Part shown: piece by piece, positions 9,794 through 19,796 of the stretch
How the letters are laid out: every line of letters starts with the position of its first letter
How positions within the stretch are numbered: position 1 is the stretch's first letter
Assembly: GCA_017469445.1 (NCBI GenBank)
Contig: JAFUGK010000015.1
Span: 75,964-139,963, forward strand
Reading direction: 5' to 3'
DNA length: 64,000 nucleotides
Source: Clostridia bacterium
GTDB taxonomy: Bacteria > Bacillota > Clostridia > TANB77 > CAG-508
Made by a program: the position numbers and the translations under genes
Notes under the pieces: model-generated
Told to the model about the DNA's origin: nothing
Seen by the model: the letters and a program-made list of their open reading frames with translations, nothing else
Databases searched by the model: none

Positions 9794-10688
9794 TTAAAAT
9801 TCAATAATTAACTCTGGATTAACCAACTTTCCGTTTCTCCTAACCTCAAAATGCAGATGAGGACCTGTTACATTTCCAGTTGCCCCAACTTCTGCAATTT
9901 CTTGTCCTTGAGATATTTTATCTCCTTCATTTACATACATTTTGCTACAATGTGCATATATTGTATCTATTTCACCATTAGTTATCTTAATATGGTTTCC
10001 GATAATCTCCTTTTGTAGATATAAGTGTAACCTCCCCCTCCATTGCAGCAATTATTTTTGTACCTACATTAGAAGCTATGTCTATTCCTGTATGATATGT
10101 TGGTACTGTTGACACTGTTGGATGTCTTACACCAAATCTAGACGATATAGTGCCAGAAAGTGGTTTTACAAATGAAATATTTTGTTTTATGTAATCAGCA
10201 TCTATTTGCATTTGGCTTATGCTACTAGCATCTTCTATATATGTATTTTCTTCTGTTATTCCAAGTATTTCTGCTTGTATTTCATTAGAATTTTGATTTA
10301 CTCCATCTTCTGAATTAACTTCTTCTTTAGTTTCTTGTTGTATTTTATTCTCTTCTGGAATTTGTGTATTTTCTGCATTGGTTTTGTTTATATAACTTAA
10401 GACTGTATCTGTAAGTCTTTGAAAGCTTATATCATATCCTAGTACATTATTTATTTGGTCTACAAATTGTCCAGTAAATATAAATTCTCCATTTTTTATC
10501 ATATAAAAACTAGTATATATTGCTGCACATATACAAATTTGTATTATCATTTTCTTAATTGGAGTTTTAGGCCTACTTTCACCAATATTAACTCTTGCAT
10601 ACGAAGAATTAATATTCTTTCTTCTTGCATATACTTCTTCTGCTCTTCTTATTCGTTCCTCTGGACTCATGGCTTTTTCCACATTCAT
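9794..10688 (-). pseudogene. M23/LytM-family peptidase (SpoIVFA-like), interrupted by a +1 frameshift near 10000
   Basis: ORFs 9987..10688 and 9794..10051 join into one M23 domain (HTGIDIA...GDY|GNHIKITNGEIDTIYAHCS...GPHLHFEV) if one C is removed from TATCGGAAAC. Confidence 0.75.
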
Positions 10689-10807
10689 TTTATCCTTCCT
10701 CCTTAGCTTTTACTTAAATATATTCATAAGCTTTTAGGATATTACAAAAAAAGAAAAGTATAGATTAAAACTATACCTTTCTATATTTATATATTAATAT
10801 TTTTTAC

Positions 10808-10855
10808 AGATGTGTCCCAAATGAGGAATAATTTCTCATTTTGAAACGTCCCCAA
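10808..10855 (+). repeat. Dispersed repeat, family A copy 1 (GATGTGTCCC - palindrome - GAAACGTCCCC)
   Basis: About 48-bp element abutting the stop of 10856..11182. Copies at 15855..15900, 46443..46487 and a composite at 45073..45153. Confidence 0.7.
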
Positions 10856-11182
10856 CTAAATAATTATAAATTCTATTAGTGCTATAACTCCTAATGCAAA
10901 ACTAATATACTTTTGTACTTTATATTTTTTTTGAAAATCTTTTTTGCTCTTTGCTTTTATTGGTCTTTCAAGTTCTGCTATGCAATTATTTATTAGTAAT
11001 TCGGCTTCTTTTAATATATATTCATTTTTATTTTTCTCTTGTTTTTCTGTTCCTTCTACTTTCTTTATATATTGTATATTTTTAACTTTTTGATTTGGCT
11101 TTAATATAACTATTGCTTCTTCTACAATGTTTGATGGTAAATTTTTTAAAACTACCATGTTCTTCATTTGTCCTATATCCAT
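10856..11182 (-). CDS. Hypothetical protein with C-terminal TM anchor (108 aa)
   Basis: RBS aggaggt before ATG at 11182 (MDIGQMK...). No domain recognised. Confidence 0.5.
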   Translation of the reverse strand: MDIGQMKNMVVLKNLPSNIVEEAIVILKPNQKVKNIQYIKKVEGTEKQEKNKNEYILKEAELLINNCIAELERPIKAKSKKDFQKKYKVQKYISFALGVIALIEFIII

Positions 11183-11239
11183 TTTTACCTCCTCTTGGAA
11201 ATATCTTCTTGTTTTAATTTTTTCCAAGAAAAGCTAATT

Positions 11240-11825
11240 TTATTCATTACACTCATAATTTATACAATTATATATTCCAGATGATACTATATCAGATAAA
11301 TTCACTACTCTAGCTAATGGCACATTTCTTAATATGTTTAAATTTTGATTTATATTTCCTGTATTTCTTCCTACAACACCTCTTATTGCCATATCTCCTA
11401 TTTGTACTCCAGTTCTATTTAAACTACTACCTAATTGTAATGGGCCATCTGTTACTAGTATTTGCCCAACTCTATCTGATGTTGATAATGCTGCATCTAT
11501 AGCTACTATAAAAGGATTTGTATATGTATTATTTATATTATCTATTACTTCTTTTATATTACACAAACTTATATTATCACTTAATGTTCCAATTACATTT
11601 AATCTTCTAGCATTTCTTAATAAGTTGGTTAATCTAGTTCCTACTAATGGTCCGAAATGCATCCCCAACTAATCTTTGGGTCCCTATGCAAAGAAAAACT
11701 ATATTAGAATATGTCATTCCCTCCGTAATATTACATATTCTACTGCTAAATTCTTCTACAAAGTTTCTATATATCTCTTCATTTTCTTCCATATAAATTC
11801 CTCCATTTTTTACATTTATATGCAA
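11240..11825 (-). pseudogene. yyaC: YyaC-family sporulation protein (GPR-like protease fold), +1 frameshift near 11652
   Basis: 63-aa ORF (..NIVFLCIGTQRLVGDAF) and 142-aa ORF (GPLVGTRL...IAIDAAL...) together give 205 aa. One extra C in TTTCGGACC splits them. Confidence 0.7.
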
Positions 11826-11843
11826 GAAAACTATTTTTAATTA

Positions 11844-12095
11844 CTACTGTCTTCTTTTATTAGGAGTAATAAATATTTTTATATTATCATCGTTTTTATA
11901 TTTCTTTATTATATCTTCAGAAAATCCTGCAATTTCACTTGTAAGTATAATATTTTTGTAATTATTTTGTATAAGTTTACTAATTTGATTATCTACATCC
12001 TCATTGTCTTCAAGTTCAACAACTTTCATTCCTAAACCTTTTGCAAGTAAAAAACTTTCTGTATCTTTATTAGATTTTATTAACGATATTCTCAT
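11844..12095 (-). CDS. Standalone ATP-synt_F (V/A-type ATPase subunit F)-fold small protein
   Basis: Pattern RISLIKSNKDTESFLLAKG...NYKNIILTSEIAGF..IIKKYK....KIFITP matches the subunit-F family. RBS ggtgaag precedes the internal ATG. Confidence 0.4.
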   Translation of the reverse strand: MRISLIKSNKDTESFLLAKGLGMKVVELEDNEDVDNQISKLIQNNYKNIILTSEIAGFSEDIIKKYKNDDNIKIFITPNKRRQ

Positions 12096-12145
12096 ATTCT
12101 TCACCAATATTATTTTGGTATTCATTCATTTTTTTATACATTAAA

Positions 12146-12168
12146 GGACGACCAATGGTCGCCCCTAC
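12146..12168. repeat. GC-rich palindromic motif GGACGACCAATGGTCGCCCCTAC (second copy at 63827..63849)
   Basis: Near-identical 23-mer at two sites. Here it sits just 3' of deoD and may act as a terminator hairpin. Confidence 0.5.
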
Positions 12169-12173
12169 TTCTT

Positions 12174-12887
12174 TTATAATTTTAAAGAACTTTCTAATGC
12201 TAGTATTATCATATCTTTTAATGCTTTTTCTCTATCCTCTGCTGATACTTGATTTTGCTTTGTAGGTATATCTACAACTGTTAATAAACAAGCTGCCTTT
12301 TTATTTAAGTAATTTGCTAAATAAAACAATGCAAAAGATTCCATCTCTGCAGCTATTATATCTTTTGGTATTCTATCTAGTAACTGTTGTAATTTTGGTA
12401 TATATAAATCAAAGCAATCACTGCATAAAACATTTCCTTTTACATATTTTATATTTTGCTCTTTAGCTACATTTTCTATTATTTCATTTAATTCCTTTGA
12501 AGCTTCTGCTAAATGGCAATCTTCACTATTGAAAGTATATGCGAAATTTCCTTCTGAATAGCTTGATTCTGCAAGTATTGTATCAAATAATTGTAAATCT
12601 TCTCCATAGCCTCCACATGAGCCTATTCTAATTATATTTTCTACTTCATACACTTTATATAACTCATATGCATATATTCCCATGCTTGGCATTCCCATTC
12701 CAGATGCCATTACTGTTATTTCTTTTCCTTTATATGTTCCTGTATATGCAAATATATTTCTAACTTTATTTACTAGTTTTACATTTTCCAAAAAATTTTC
12801 TGCTATATATTTTGCTCTTAATGGATCTCCTGGCATTAATACAGTTTTTGCTATTTCTCCTTTTTTTGCTTCAATATGTGGTGTCAT
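12174..12887 (-). CDS. deoD: Purine nucleoside phosphorylase, DeoD type
   Basis: MTPHIEAKKGEIAKTVLMPGDPLRAKYIAE...TGTYKGKEITVMASGMG. 237 aa. Confidence 0.9.
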   Translation of the reverse strand: MTPHIEAKKGEIAKTVLMPGDPLRAKYIAENFLENVKLVNKVRNIFAYTGTYKGKEITVMASGMGMPSMGIYAYELYKVYEVENIIRIGSCGGYGEDLQLFDTILAESSYSEGNFAYTFNSEDCHLAEASKELNEIIENVAKEQNIKYVKGNVLCSDCFDLYIPKLQQLLDRIPKDIIAAEMESFALFYLANYLNKKAACLLTVVDIPTKQNQVSAEDREKALKDMIILALESSLKL

Positions 12888-12898
12888 ATTATTCCTCC

Positions 12899-13064
12899 TT
12901 ATTTAATTATTTTTAGTGCTTTTTCGCGTGGAAGCATAACTATATGTCCACAACCTAAGCACTTAAATTTAAAATCTACACCCACTCTAATTATTTCCCA
13001 TTCGTTACTTCCACATGGATGTTTCTTTTTTGTTTTAACAATTTGTCCAACTTCATATCCCATA
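12899..13064 (-). pseudogene. DUF951-family small protein, single-base frameshift near 13020
   Basis: Minus strand encodes MGYEVGQIVKTKKK then, after skipping one base, HPCGSNEWEIIRVGVDFKFKCLGCGHIVMLPREKALKIIK. The ORF track missed it because each piece is under 60 aa. Confidence 0.6.
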
Positions 13065-13078
13065 ATGAGTTCCCTTTC

Positions 13079-13176
13079 TAATGACAGGGGACACTTCTTT
13101 CCTTATGGTCATTTCCACTTGGCTAAGAAATGTCCCCTAGCCTTATGTTCAAGTAATGTCATCTTTCAAAGTTTTC
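13079..13176 (+). repeat. Dispersed repeat, family B copy 2
   Basis: GGGGACACTTCTTTCC...TTAAGAAATGTCCCC...AGTAATGTCATC. It lies just 3' of the gltX stop. Confidence 0.7.
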
Positions 13177-13184
13177 TTATTATT

Positions 13185-14843
13185 TTACAATGATTCAATG
13201 CACTTTTTCAATCTAGATACAACTTCATCCGCGCCTAAAACATGCATAATTTCATACATATCTGGTGTGTTATGTCTTTTAGTTAATGCAACTCTTATTA
13301 CTGTGCTTACATCCCCAACATGTGCCTTATACTTTTCTGGCTCTGCTTTAAACATTTTTACTTCTCTAGCATATCCCATTTCTTCACTCAAGTCTTTCAT
13401 TTTATCAAACCAAGCTTGTTTGTCATCATTAATATCAAAATATTTTTCAATGTACTTTGTTAATACTTCTTTTACCTTTTGCTTATCAGATATTTTTTGA
13501 AATTCGTATGTTTCGTTAGAATTATCAAATAATTCTTTATACATATATGATATATTTTCTTTAACATCTGACCATTTTGCTATATCTTTTCTTGGCTTTT
13601 CGTTGCCTCTTTCTATTCCTAATACTTTTAATGAATAGTCTTTATCTTTTTCTAATAAGCTTTCAAGTTCTTTATCAAATCTTTTTGCCCATTCTAATGT
13701 TTCTTCATATACCTTTTCTGCTGAATATTTAGATATTACTATTTTAGAAACATCTAGTAGCTTTACCATATCAAATAAAGCACCACTAACACTCATTTTA
13801 TTTAAGCTAAACTCAAATTCTTCCATCTTTTTATCTTTATTAGCTCTTCTCCAATTTTCAAAATTAGAATTAGCTATATTTAAAAGATACTCTTTAACGG
13901 CATCTGCTGGTATTCCTTCTTGTAAATAGTATGATACTGCTGCTTCTGGGTCTTTTCTTTTACTTAATTTACGTTTGTTTCCATTATCATTTTTCATTAT
14001 TGGTGCAATATGAGCATATTTAGGTAATTTAAAACCTAATTCCATAAATAATTGTATATGAAGTGGAACTGAAGATAACCACTCATCACTACGAATTACA
14101 TGTGTTGTTCTCATCAAATGATCATCAACAGCATGTGCAAAATGGTATGTTGGAAGTCCATCTGCTTTTATTATTACCACATCTTGATCATTTTCTGGGA
14201 AATCTACATTTCCTTTAATAACATCATGATGTTTTATTTTTTTATCTGGATTTCCTGGAGATTTAAAACGAATTATATAATGCTCTCCATTTTTTATTTT
14301 TTCAATTTGTTGGTCTAAAGGCATTCTTCTACATCTTGTCCATTTTCCATAATATCCTGTTCTTTCCATTGCTTTTTCTTGATTACTTCTAATTTCTTCA
14401 AGTGTTTCTGGTGAGCAGAAACATGGGTATGCCTTTCCTTGTTCAATTAAGTATTTTGCATATGCTTGATATATTTCTTTTCTATCACTTTGCTTATATG
14501 GTCCATATTCTCCAACTTCTTCTGTTTGGCTTACCATACCTTCATCTGGGCTCATATCAAAATCTTTTAATGAATCTATTATTCCTTCTATTCCATTTTC
14601 AACTTCTCTTTTTTGGTCTGTATCTTCTATTCTTAAAAAGAATGCTCCATCAGTTTGCTTTGTTAAAGTTCTTGCAACTAGTGCCTGATATAATCCTCCA
14701 ATATGCACAAAGCCTGTTGGACTTGGCGCAAATCTTGAAACTACTGCACCTTCTTTTAAATTTCTTTCTGGATATTTTTCCTCATAATATGAAATATCCT
14801 TTGCATTTGGAAATATTAAATTAGCTAAATCTTTATTATCCAT
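13185..14843 (-). CDS. gltX: Glutamate--tRNA ligase (class I GlxRS family)
   Basis: HIGH-region FAPSPTGFVHIGG and KMSKS-like KLSKRK. RBS gaggagagg precedes ATG at 14843 (MDNKDL...). Confidence 0.75.
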   Translation of the reverse strand: MDNKDLANLIFPNAKDISYYEEKYPERNLKEGAVVSRFAPSPTGFVHIGGLYQALVARTLTKQTDGAFFLRIEDTDQKREVENGIEGIIDSLKDFDMSPDEGMVSQTEEVGEYGPYKQSDRKEIYQAYAKYLIEQGKAYPCFCSPETLEEIRSNQEKAMERTGYYGKWTRCRRMPLDQQIEKIKNGEHYIIRFKSPGNPDKKIKHHDVIKGNVDFPENDQDVVIIKADGLPTYHFAHAVDDHLMRTTHVIRSDEWLSSVPLHIQLFMELGFKLPKYAHIAPIMKNDNGNKRKLSKRKDPEAAVSYYLQEGIPADAVKEYLLNIANSNFENWRRANKDKKMEEFEFSLNKMSVSGALFDMVKLLDVSKIVISKYSAEKVYEETLEWAKRFDKELESLLEKDKDYSLKVLGIERGNEKPRKDIAKWSDVKENISYMYKELFDNSNETYEFQKISDKQKVKEVLTKYIEKYFDINDDKQAWFDKMKDLSEEMGYAREVKMFKAEPEKYKAHVGDVSTVIRVALTKRHNTPDMYEIMHVLGADEVVSRLKKCIESL

Positions 14844-14960
14844 CTTACCTCTCCTCATTTTTTCTTTCCTGTTATTATATATTATTTGTTCGCATTTTTC
14901 AATAGATATAAAGGAAAAATGAGATAGCAACAAAAATTTGCTATCCCATTTTTTTATTAA

Positions 14961-15413
14961 TTACTTCTCCCAAAATGTTGTGCGTATAAAGGTGTAAGTA
15001 TCTTCATCTATATTGTGAAACTTTTCTATAATCTTATCACACGCTTCTTTCACCGCAATTTGGGGATTTTCTTTTGCAATTTGACTGTAAATATGCTGTA
15101 TAAGTATATACTTTTGTTCTTCTGAAAGTATATGGACTGGAATTGTATTTAAAGTATGTAAGTTAAATATAAACTTATATTTAGATAAATCTTCCATATC
15201 CATAACTTTCCCGCATAGCAAACATTTTTTAATATGAGTTCTCTTATTTTCATTTAAAAAATCTGCTATAATTGCATGTTTACATTCTTCTTGAATCTCC
15301 TGTAATTCTTTTTGCTTTTCTTTAATTATTTTTTGTAATGCATTGCTCCGTTTTATTATTTTGATTCTTTTATTGTTTGTCTCCTCCCCTGCCCTTTCAC
15401 TAATTTTTCTCAT
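14961..15413 (-). CDS. Hypothetical zinc-ribbon protein, paralog of 994..1380
   Basis: Shares the EC.H...CLLCG core and a coiled-coil N-terminus. Confidence 0.5.
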   Translation of the reverse strand: MRKISERAGEETNNKRIKIIKRSNALQKIIKEKQKELQEIQEECKHAIIADFLNENKRTHIKKCLLCGKVMDMEDLSKYKFIFNLHTLNTIPVHILSEEQKYILIQHIYSQIAKENPQIAVKEACDKIIEKFHNIDEDTYTFIRTTFWEK

Positions 15414-15512
15414 AGGTCTTGCTTTATACTCTGGGTGTACATATCCTAATATTTCAACAAAATGTAATGCATCATAAAATTTTTCAAAGGAAAAAGTTGC
15501 ATATTCGTCATT

Positions 15513-15749
15513 TTATTCATAGTGCTTTACATTGTCAAACTTATATGGAACATACTTATCATTAGGTGTACCTTTATATACTCTTACCTCATATTCATTA
15601 TCAGCTTTTTCAAGGAAAATCATAAATTCCAAATTTTTCCCATCAGTAACTGATAAAGTTAAAGCTGTTCCATCCTTTTTTAAAAGGTCTTTTTCTGTAA
15701 GCAACCGAACAAAATCCCAATGACAGAAAAGCATTTTATTCATTTGCAT
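15513..15749 (-). CDS. Small hypothetical protein (78 aa)
   Basis: RBS aaaggag precedes the MQMNKMLF start. Possibly co-transcribed with 14961..15413. Confidence 0.4.
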   Translation of the reverse strand: MQMNKMLFCHWDFVRLLTEKDLLKKDGTALTLSVTDGKNLEFMIFLEKADNEYEVRVYKGTPNDKYVPYKFDNVKHYE

Positions 15750-15854
15750 AATAAATCTCCTTTCATAATTCAATGAAAAAAATAAAATATGTAGCTACTT
15801 GCTATATCGCTACATATTTTATCATACTTTACATAATTTTACAACGATGTTTAT

Positions 15855-15900
15855 AGATGTGTCCCAAATTGGGAGCAATTCCCAATTTGGAAACGTCCCC
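15855..15900 (+). repeat. Dispersed repeat, family A copy 2
   Basis: gatgtgtcccaaattgggagcaattcccaatttggaaacgtcccc, with an 11-bp perfect internal palindrome. It abuts the RNase J stop. Confidence 0.7.
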
Positions 15901-15902
15901 AA

Positions 15903-17753
15903 TTAAATTTCCATTATTATTGGTAATATCATAGGATTTCTTTTTGTCTTAACAAATACATAATCTCTTAAACTGTCTTTTAAATTAGATTTTATTGTTG
16001 ACCAATCTTTTATTTGCTTTTCTTCGCATTTTCTTATTTCGTCTCTTACTATCTTCTTTATGTCTTCCATTAAGTTTTCAGATTCTCTTACATATACAAA
16101 TCCTCTTGAAATTACATCTGGTCCTGAGACTACTTCTCCTGTACTTGAATCCATTGTTAATACTATAATTATTAATCCATCTTGAGATAGATGTTGTCTA
16201 TCTCTTAGTACAATATTTCCAACATCTCCAACTCCAAGTCCGTCTACAAGTATTCTTCCAAATGGAACTGTACCTGTAAGTTTTGCACTATTTTCATTTA
16301 ATTCTAATATTCTACCATTTGTTAATGCAAATATATTTTCTTTTTCTATTCCCATTTGCATTGCTGTTTCTGAATGTGCCCTTAATTGTCTATATTCACC
16401 ATGTACTGGTAAAAAGTATTTTGGTCTTACTAAAGAAAGTATTAATTTTTGCTCTTCTTGGCACGCATGCCCTGATACGTGAATATCTTCTAATGCGCTA
16501 TATACAACTTCTGCACCAATTTGCATTAAATCGTCTATAACTCTAGATACAAATTTTTCATTTCCAGGTATTGGTGTTGCAGATATTATTACTAAGTCAT
16601 TAGGTGTTATTACAACTTTCTTATGTTCTCCTGCTGCCATTCTTGTAAGTGCAGACATTGTTTCACCTTGACTTCCAGTTGTAATTATTACAAGTTGTTC
16701 ATCTGTGTAATTCTTTATCATATCAATATCTATAAAAACATTGTCTGGAACTTTAATATATCCAAGTTCTCTTGCAGTTTCTATCATGTTTATCATGCTT
16801 CTACCACAAACTGCAATTTTTCTATTATTTTCAACTGCTGCATCCACAATTTGTTGTACTCTGTGTACATTTGAAGCAAATGTTGCCACAACTATTCTCT
16901 TTTTACAATTTAAGAATAATTTATCGAATACTACTCCAACAGAGCTTTCAGACATAGTATATCCTTTTCTTTCAGAATTTGTACTATCTGAAAGTAATGC
17001 TAAAACTCCATTATTTCCTATTTCAGCTATTCTACCTAAATCCATATGCTTTCCATCTATTGGTGTATGGTCAATTTTAAAATCTCCTGTATGAAGTACA
17101 ACTCCAACAGGTGTTGTTATTGCAAGCATAACAGAATCTGGTATACTATGGCAACTTCTTATAAATTCAACTTTGAACTTTCCTAAAGTAATTGTTTGTC
17201 CTTGTAATACTGTATTTATTTTAGTTTTTCGTAACAACTTATGTTCTTCTAATTTATTATTAATAAGTCCTACTGTTAAAGGTGTTGCATATATTGGCAT
17301 ATCTACTTGTTTTAATAAATATGGTATTCCACCAATGTGATCTTCATGACCATGTGTTACAACTAGTCCTCTTATTTTATCTTTATTTTTTTCCAAATAT
17401 GTTATATCTGGTATAACTAAATCAATACCTAACATCTCATCTTCTGGGAAAGCTAATCCACAGTCTACAACAATCATGTCATCTTCATATTCAAAAACTG
17501 TAATATTTTTTCCTATCTCTAATAATCCACCAAGTGGAATTATTTTTAAATTGCTCTTCTTAAATTGTACTTCTTCTTGTTTTTTATTTTTTCTAGTTCC
17601 ATACTCTCTTTTAGGTCTTCTTTCTGTAGGTTTATTATCTATAGTTGTTTTTTCTCTTTTTGTTTGACTTGTCCTTTCTTTAACATTTCTTGTTCTTCTT
17701 GGTTTTGGCATATTTTTTATTGCCAATTTACTGTTTTTTTCTTTATTTTCCAT
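15903..17753 (-). CDS. rnj: Ribonuclease J (MBL/beta-CASP) with about 60-aa Lys/Arg-rich N-terminal extension
   Basis: HGHEDHIGG and a beta-CASP region. Canonical start KIIPLGGLLEIGKN is preceded by MENKEKNSKLAIKNMPKPRRTRNVKERTSQTKREK... RBS agaggaaaggga. Confidence 0.9.
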   Translation of the reverse strand: MENKEKNSKLAIKNMPKPRRTRNVKERTSQTKREKTTIDNKPTERRPKREYGTRKNKKQEEVQFKKSNLKIIPLGGLLEIGKNITVFEYEDDMIVVDCGLAFPEDEMLGIDLVIPDITYLEKNKDKIRGLVVTHGHEDHIGGIPYLLKQVDMPIYATPLTVGLINNKLEEHKLLRKTKINTVLQGQTITLGKFKVEFIRSCHSIPDSVMLAITTPVGVVLHTGDFKIDHTPIDGKHMDLGRIAEIGNNGVLALLSDSTNSERKGYTMSESSVGVVFDKLFLNCKKRIVVATFASNVHRVQQIVDAAVENNRKIAVCGRSMINMIETARELGYIKVPDNVFIDIDMIKNYTDEQLVIITTGSQGETMSALTRMAAGEHKKVVITPNDLVIISATPIPGNEKFVSRVIDDLMQIGAEVVYSALEDIHVSGHACQEEQKLILSLVRPKYFLPVHGEYRQLRAHSETAMQMGIEKENIFALTNGRILELNENSAKLTGTVPFGRILVDGLGVGDVGNIVLRDRQHLSQDGLIIIVLTMDSSTGEVVSGPDVISRGFVYVRESENLMEDIKKIVRDEIRKCEEKQIKDWSTIKSNLKDSLRDYVFVKTKRNPMILPIIMEI

Positions 17754-18102
17754 ATATTCTCCCTTTCCTCTTTAATCATGCACAAAAAATTAGTTTAAAA
17801 TAAATTTAAACTAATGACTCTTTTAAAACTATATTCATATTTCAATTTTTACCGCTCAATTTCAATATTATCATATGTTTATATTTTTATTATTATAAAT
17901 CTATTATTTAAACTATATACATCTCTTATTTAAATAATATTAAATTTTCCGAATCATTACTTTTATTTAAAACTGTATTTTTAATACATTAATCTCATTA
18001 TTTATCCACTATTTGAATATACTGGAAAATATTATACTATTTTTTACTATATTTGTCAATAATTTGAATAAATAAGAGAACAAGGGGCTGTTTCCTTGTT
18101 CT

Positions 18103-19695
18103 CTATAAATCAAACGTCCAAGCATTATTTTCATTTTTCCCTGTTGTGCAAAGACCTTCTTGCAATTCAACTATTGGCATAACATATGCATAAATTGTAT
18201 TATTTGTGCTATTTGATCTTGAACCTGATAAGTACAATTTAGAATTATTTGAAGTATTTCCTATTGGGCCAGATTCTATCCAACCATTTGATATTGCATA
18301 TACCGCATAATTAACCTCTATATTATATAAAACCGTTCCCCTTGTTGATAAGAAATATGGAATTTTATTTTCACTAGTATTACTTGTCTTTTTAAATATC
18401 ATATTATATATTGTGCTATTAGAAAAGTAATTTTTAGCTTCATATCTATACTGTGTTTGTGTAGCAGTAAATGGATTAATTCCTTCATCAACACCTTGTT
18501 CATTAATGAAAGTTCCCTCGCTATATGTTCTTGTATCACCTATTTTTTTATTTTGCCATCCTGTATGCACATAATTGCTAGTATCATAAGTCGAATATTG
18601 TTCAACATCAGCTAAAGTCATACTTCTTCCTTTTTGGGCTCCTGCTCCAGTACCATACAACGCTCCTATACTATCTAATATTGTTGTATAATTAATATAT
18701 CCTGCTTTTCCCCATAAATTTAATGCTGTATTTGAAATTGGTTCTTCGGGAATAATAGTAACTTTTTTGTTATTTTCATCTATACTAAAAACTCTCCATT
18801 TAGTATTTGCAACTGTAGAAAATGTTTGATCTCTTGAATAACCAGAATTTGCTTTTGCAATTGTACAACTACTAGTTACTGGCGTATAATCTACATAGTC
18901 ACCCAATTGGACTTCTGCAGATAAATACAATTTATTTGCTATCCAATTTGCAGTATATGTTTTATCCCCCATACTTCCTTTTTCTATAGTAACATTTACT
19001 TGTGCAGTTTCTCCATTGCTGCCTGTCCATCCACTAAATGTATAACCCGTCTTGGTAGGCGCATCTAATGAAAATGTTTCAGAGGTATCATAATAATAAG
19101 TTGGATTATCTGCTGTACCTCCACCTAAATCATAAGCTATCTGATATTGTATTGGTTCTGGAGTTGGTGTGTCTATATCTGTTTCAATATGTGTTGATCT
19201 AAAATCAAGTACAGGTATACCAATTTGTTTACACCATTCAGTTAATTTGTCATTATTAGTAATATCATCCATTGATACATAATTTAACTCCCCATGGTAT
19301 ATAACAAGATATTTTTCTTCTTGATTATTTAATGTCCCTAATATACTTTCTAAGTCTGCTTTTTCGCCTAATATGTCTGTTTCTGAAATATTAAATCTTT
19401 CAGCATTCTCTTTTACCAATTTTAATAAAGTTGGCCCAACATTTATAGAATTTTTATTAATTCTTGATGTCCTTTCAAAATTTTCAATATTTTTTATTTC
19501 TATTTTTTCTTTAAGCTGTTGTATTCTCGCTTTAAAAATAGATTCTTGTGCATATTTAATAGTACTCTCTTCATTAAATAATGAATTTACTACAAGCCCT
19601 GCTAAAATAAGCATTATTACAATAGTAACTACTAAGGCTATTAATGTAATTCCTCTATTTTTTGTATTGCAAATTTTCATATTGCCACTATTCAA
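18103..19695 (-). CDS. Surface adhesin-like protein: pilin-like N-terminal TM (NRGITLIALVVTIVIMLILAG), Listeria-Bacteroides (Flg_new) repeat, C-type-lectin/DUF1566-like C-terminus
   Basis: Flg_new motif YDLGGGT...GYTFSGWTG...TANW. C-terminal ...YFLSTRGT...YVMPIVEL resembles the DGR targets, but the 3' end does not match the TR. Confidence 0.6.
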   Translation of the reverse strand: MNSGNMKICNTKNRGITLIALVVTIVIMLILAGLVVNSLFNEESTIKYAQESIFKARIQQLKEKIEIKNIENFERTSRINKNSINVGPTLLKLVKENAERFNISETDILGEKADLESILGTLNNQEEKYLVIYHGELNYVSMDDITNNDKLTEWCKQIGIPVLDFRSTHIETDIDTPTPEPIQYQIAYDLGGGTADNPTYYYDTSETFSLDAPTKTGYTFSGWTGSNGETAQVNVTIEKGSMGDKTYTANWIANKLYLSAEVQLGDYVDYTPVTSSCTIAKANSGYSRDQTFSTVANTKWRVFSIDENNKKVTIIPEEPISNTALNLWGKAGYINYTTILDSIGALYGTGAGAQKGRSMTLADVEQYSTYDTSNYVHTGWQNKKIGDTRTYSEGTFINEQGVDEGINPFTATQTQYRYEAKNYFSNSTIYNMIFKKTSNTSENKIPYFLSTRGTVLYNIEVNYAVYAISNGWIESGPIGNTSNNSKLYLSGSRSNSTNNTIYAYVMPIVELQEGLCTTGKNENNAWTFDL

Positions 19696-19796
19696 TCCTA
19701 AGAGCTCCTTCCTTTGTAAATTTATAATAAAATTATATATTACTACTTTTATTTTTTCAATATTAAATTTATTAAATAATTATATTTTTTTATAAA

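Noticed and set aside
9794-10051. 85-aa ORF as an independent gene
   Set aside because: Its in-frame portion is the C-terminal half of the M23 domain. The N-terminal residues are read-through from the wrong frame.
11634-11825. 63-aa ORF as an independent gene
   Set aside because: It is the N-terminus of YyaC, separated from the rest by a 1-nt frameshift.
18103-19695. Third DGR target
   Set aside because: The 3' end (18103..18250) has no similarity to the TR or to the GGGGTCCGCCCAG IMH core.
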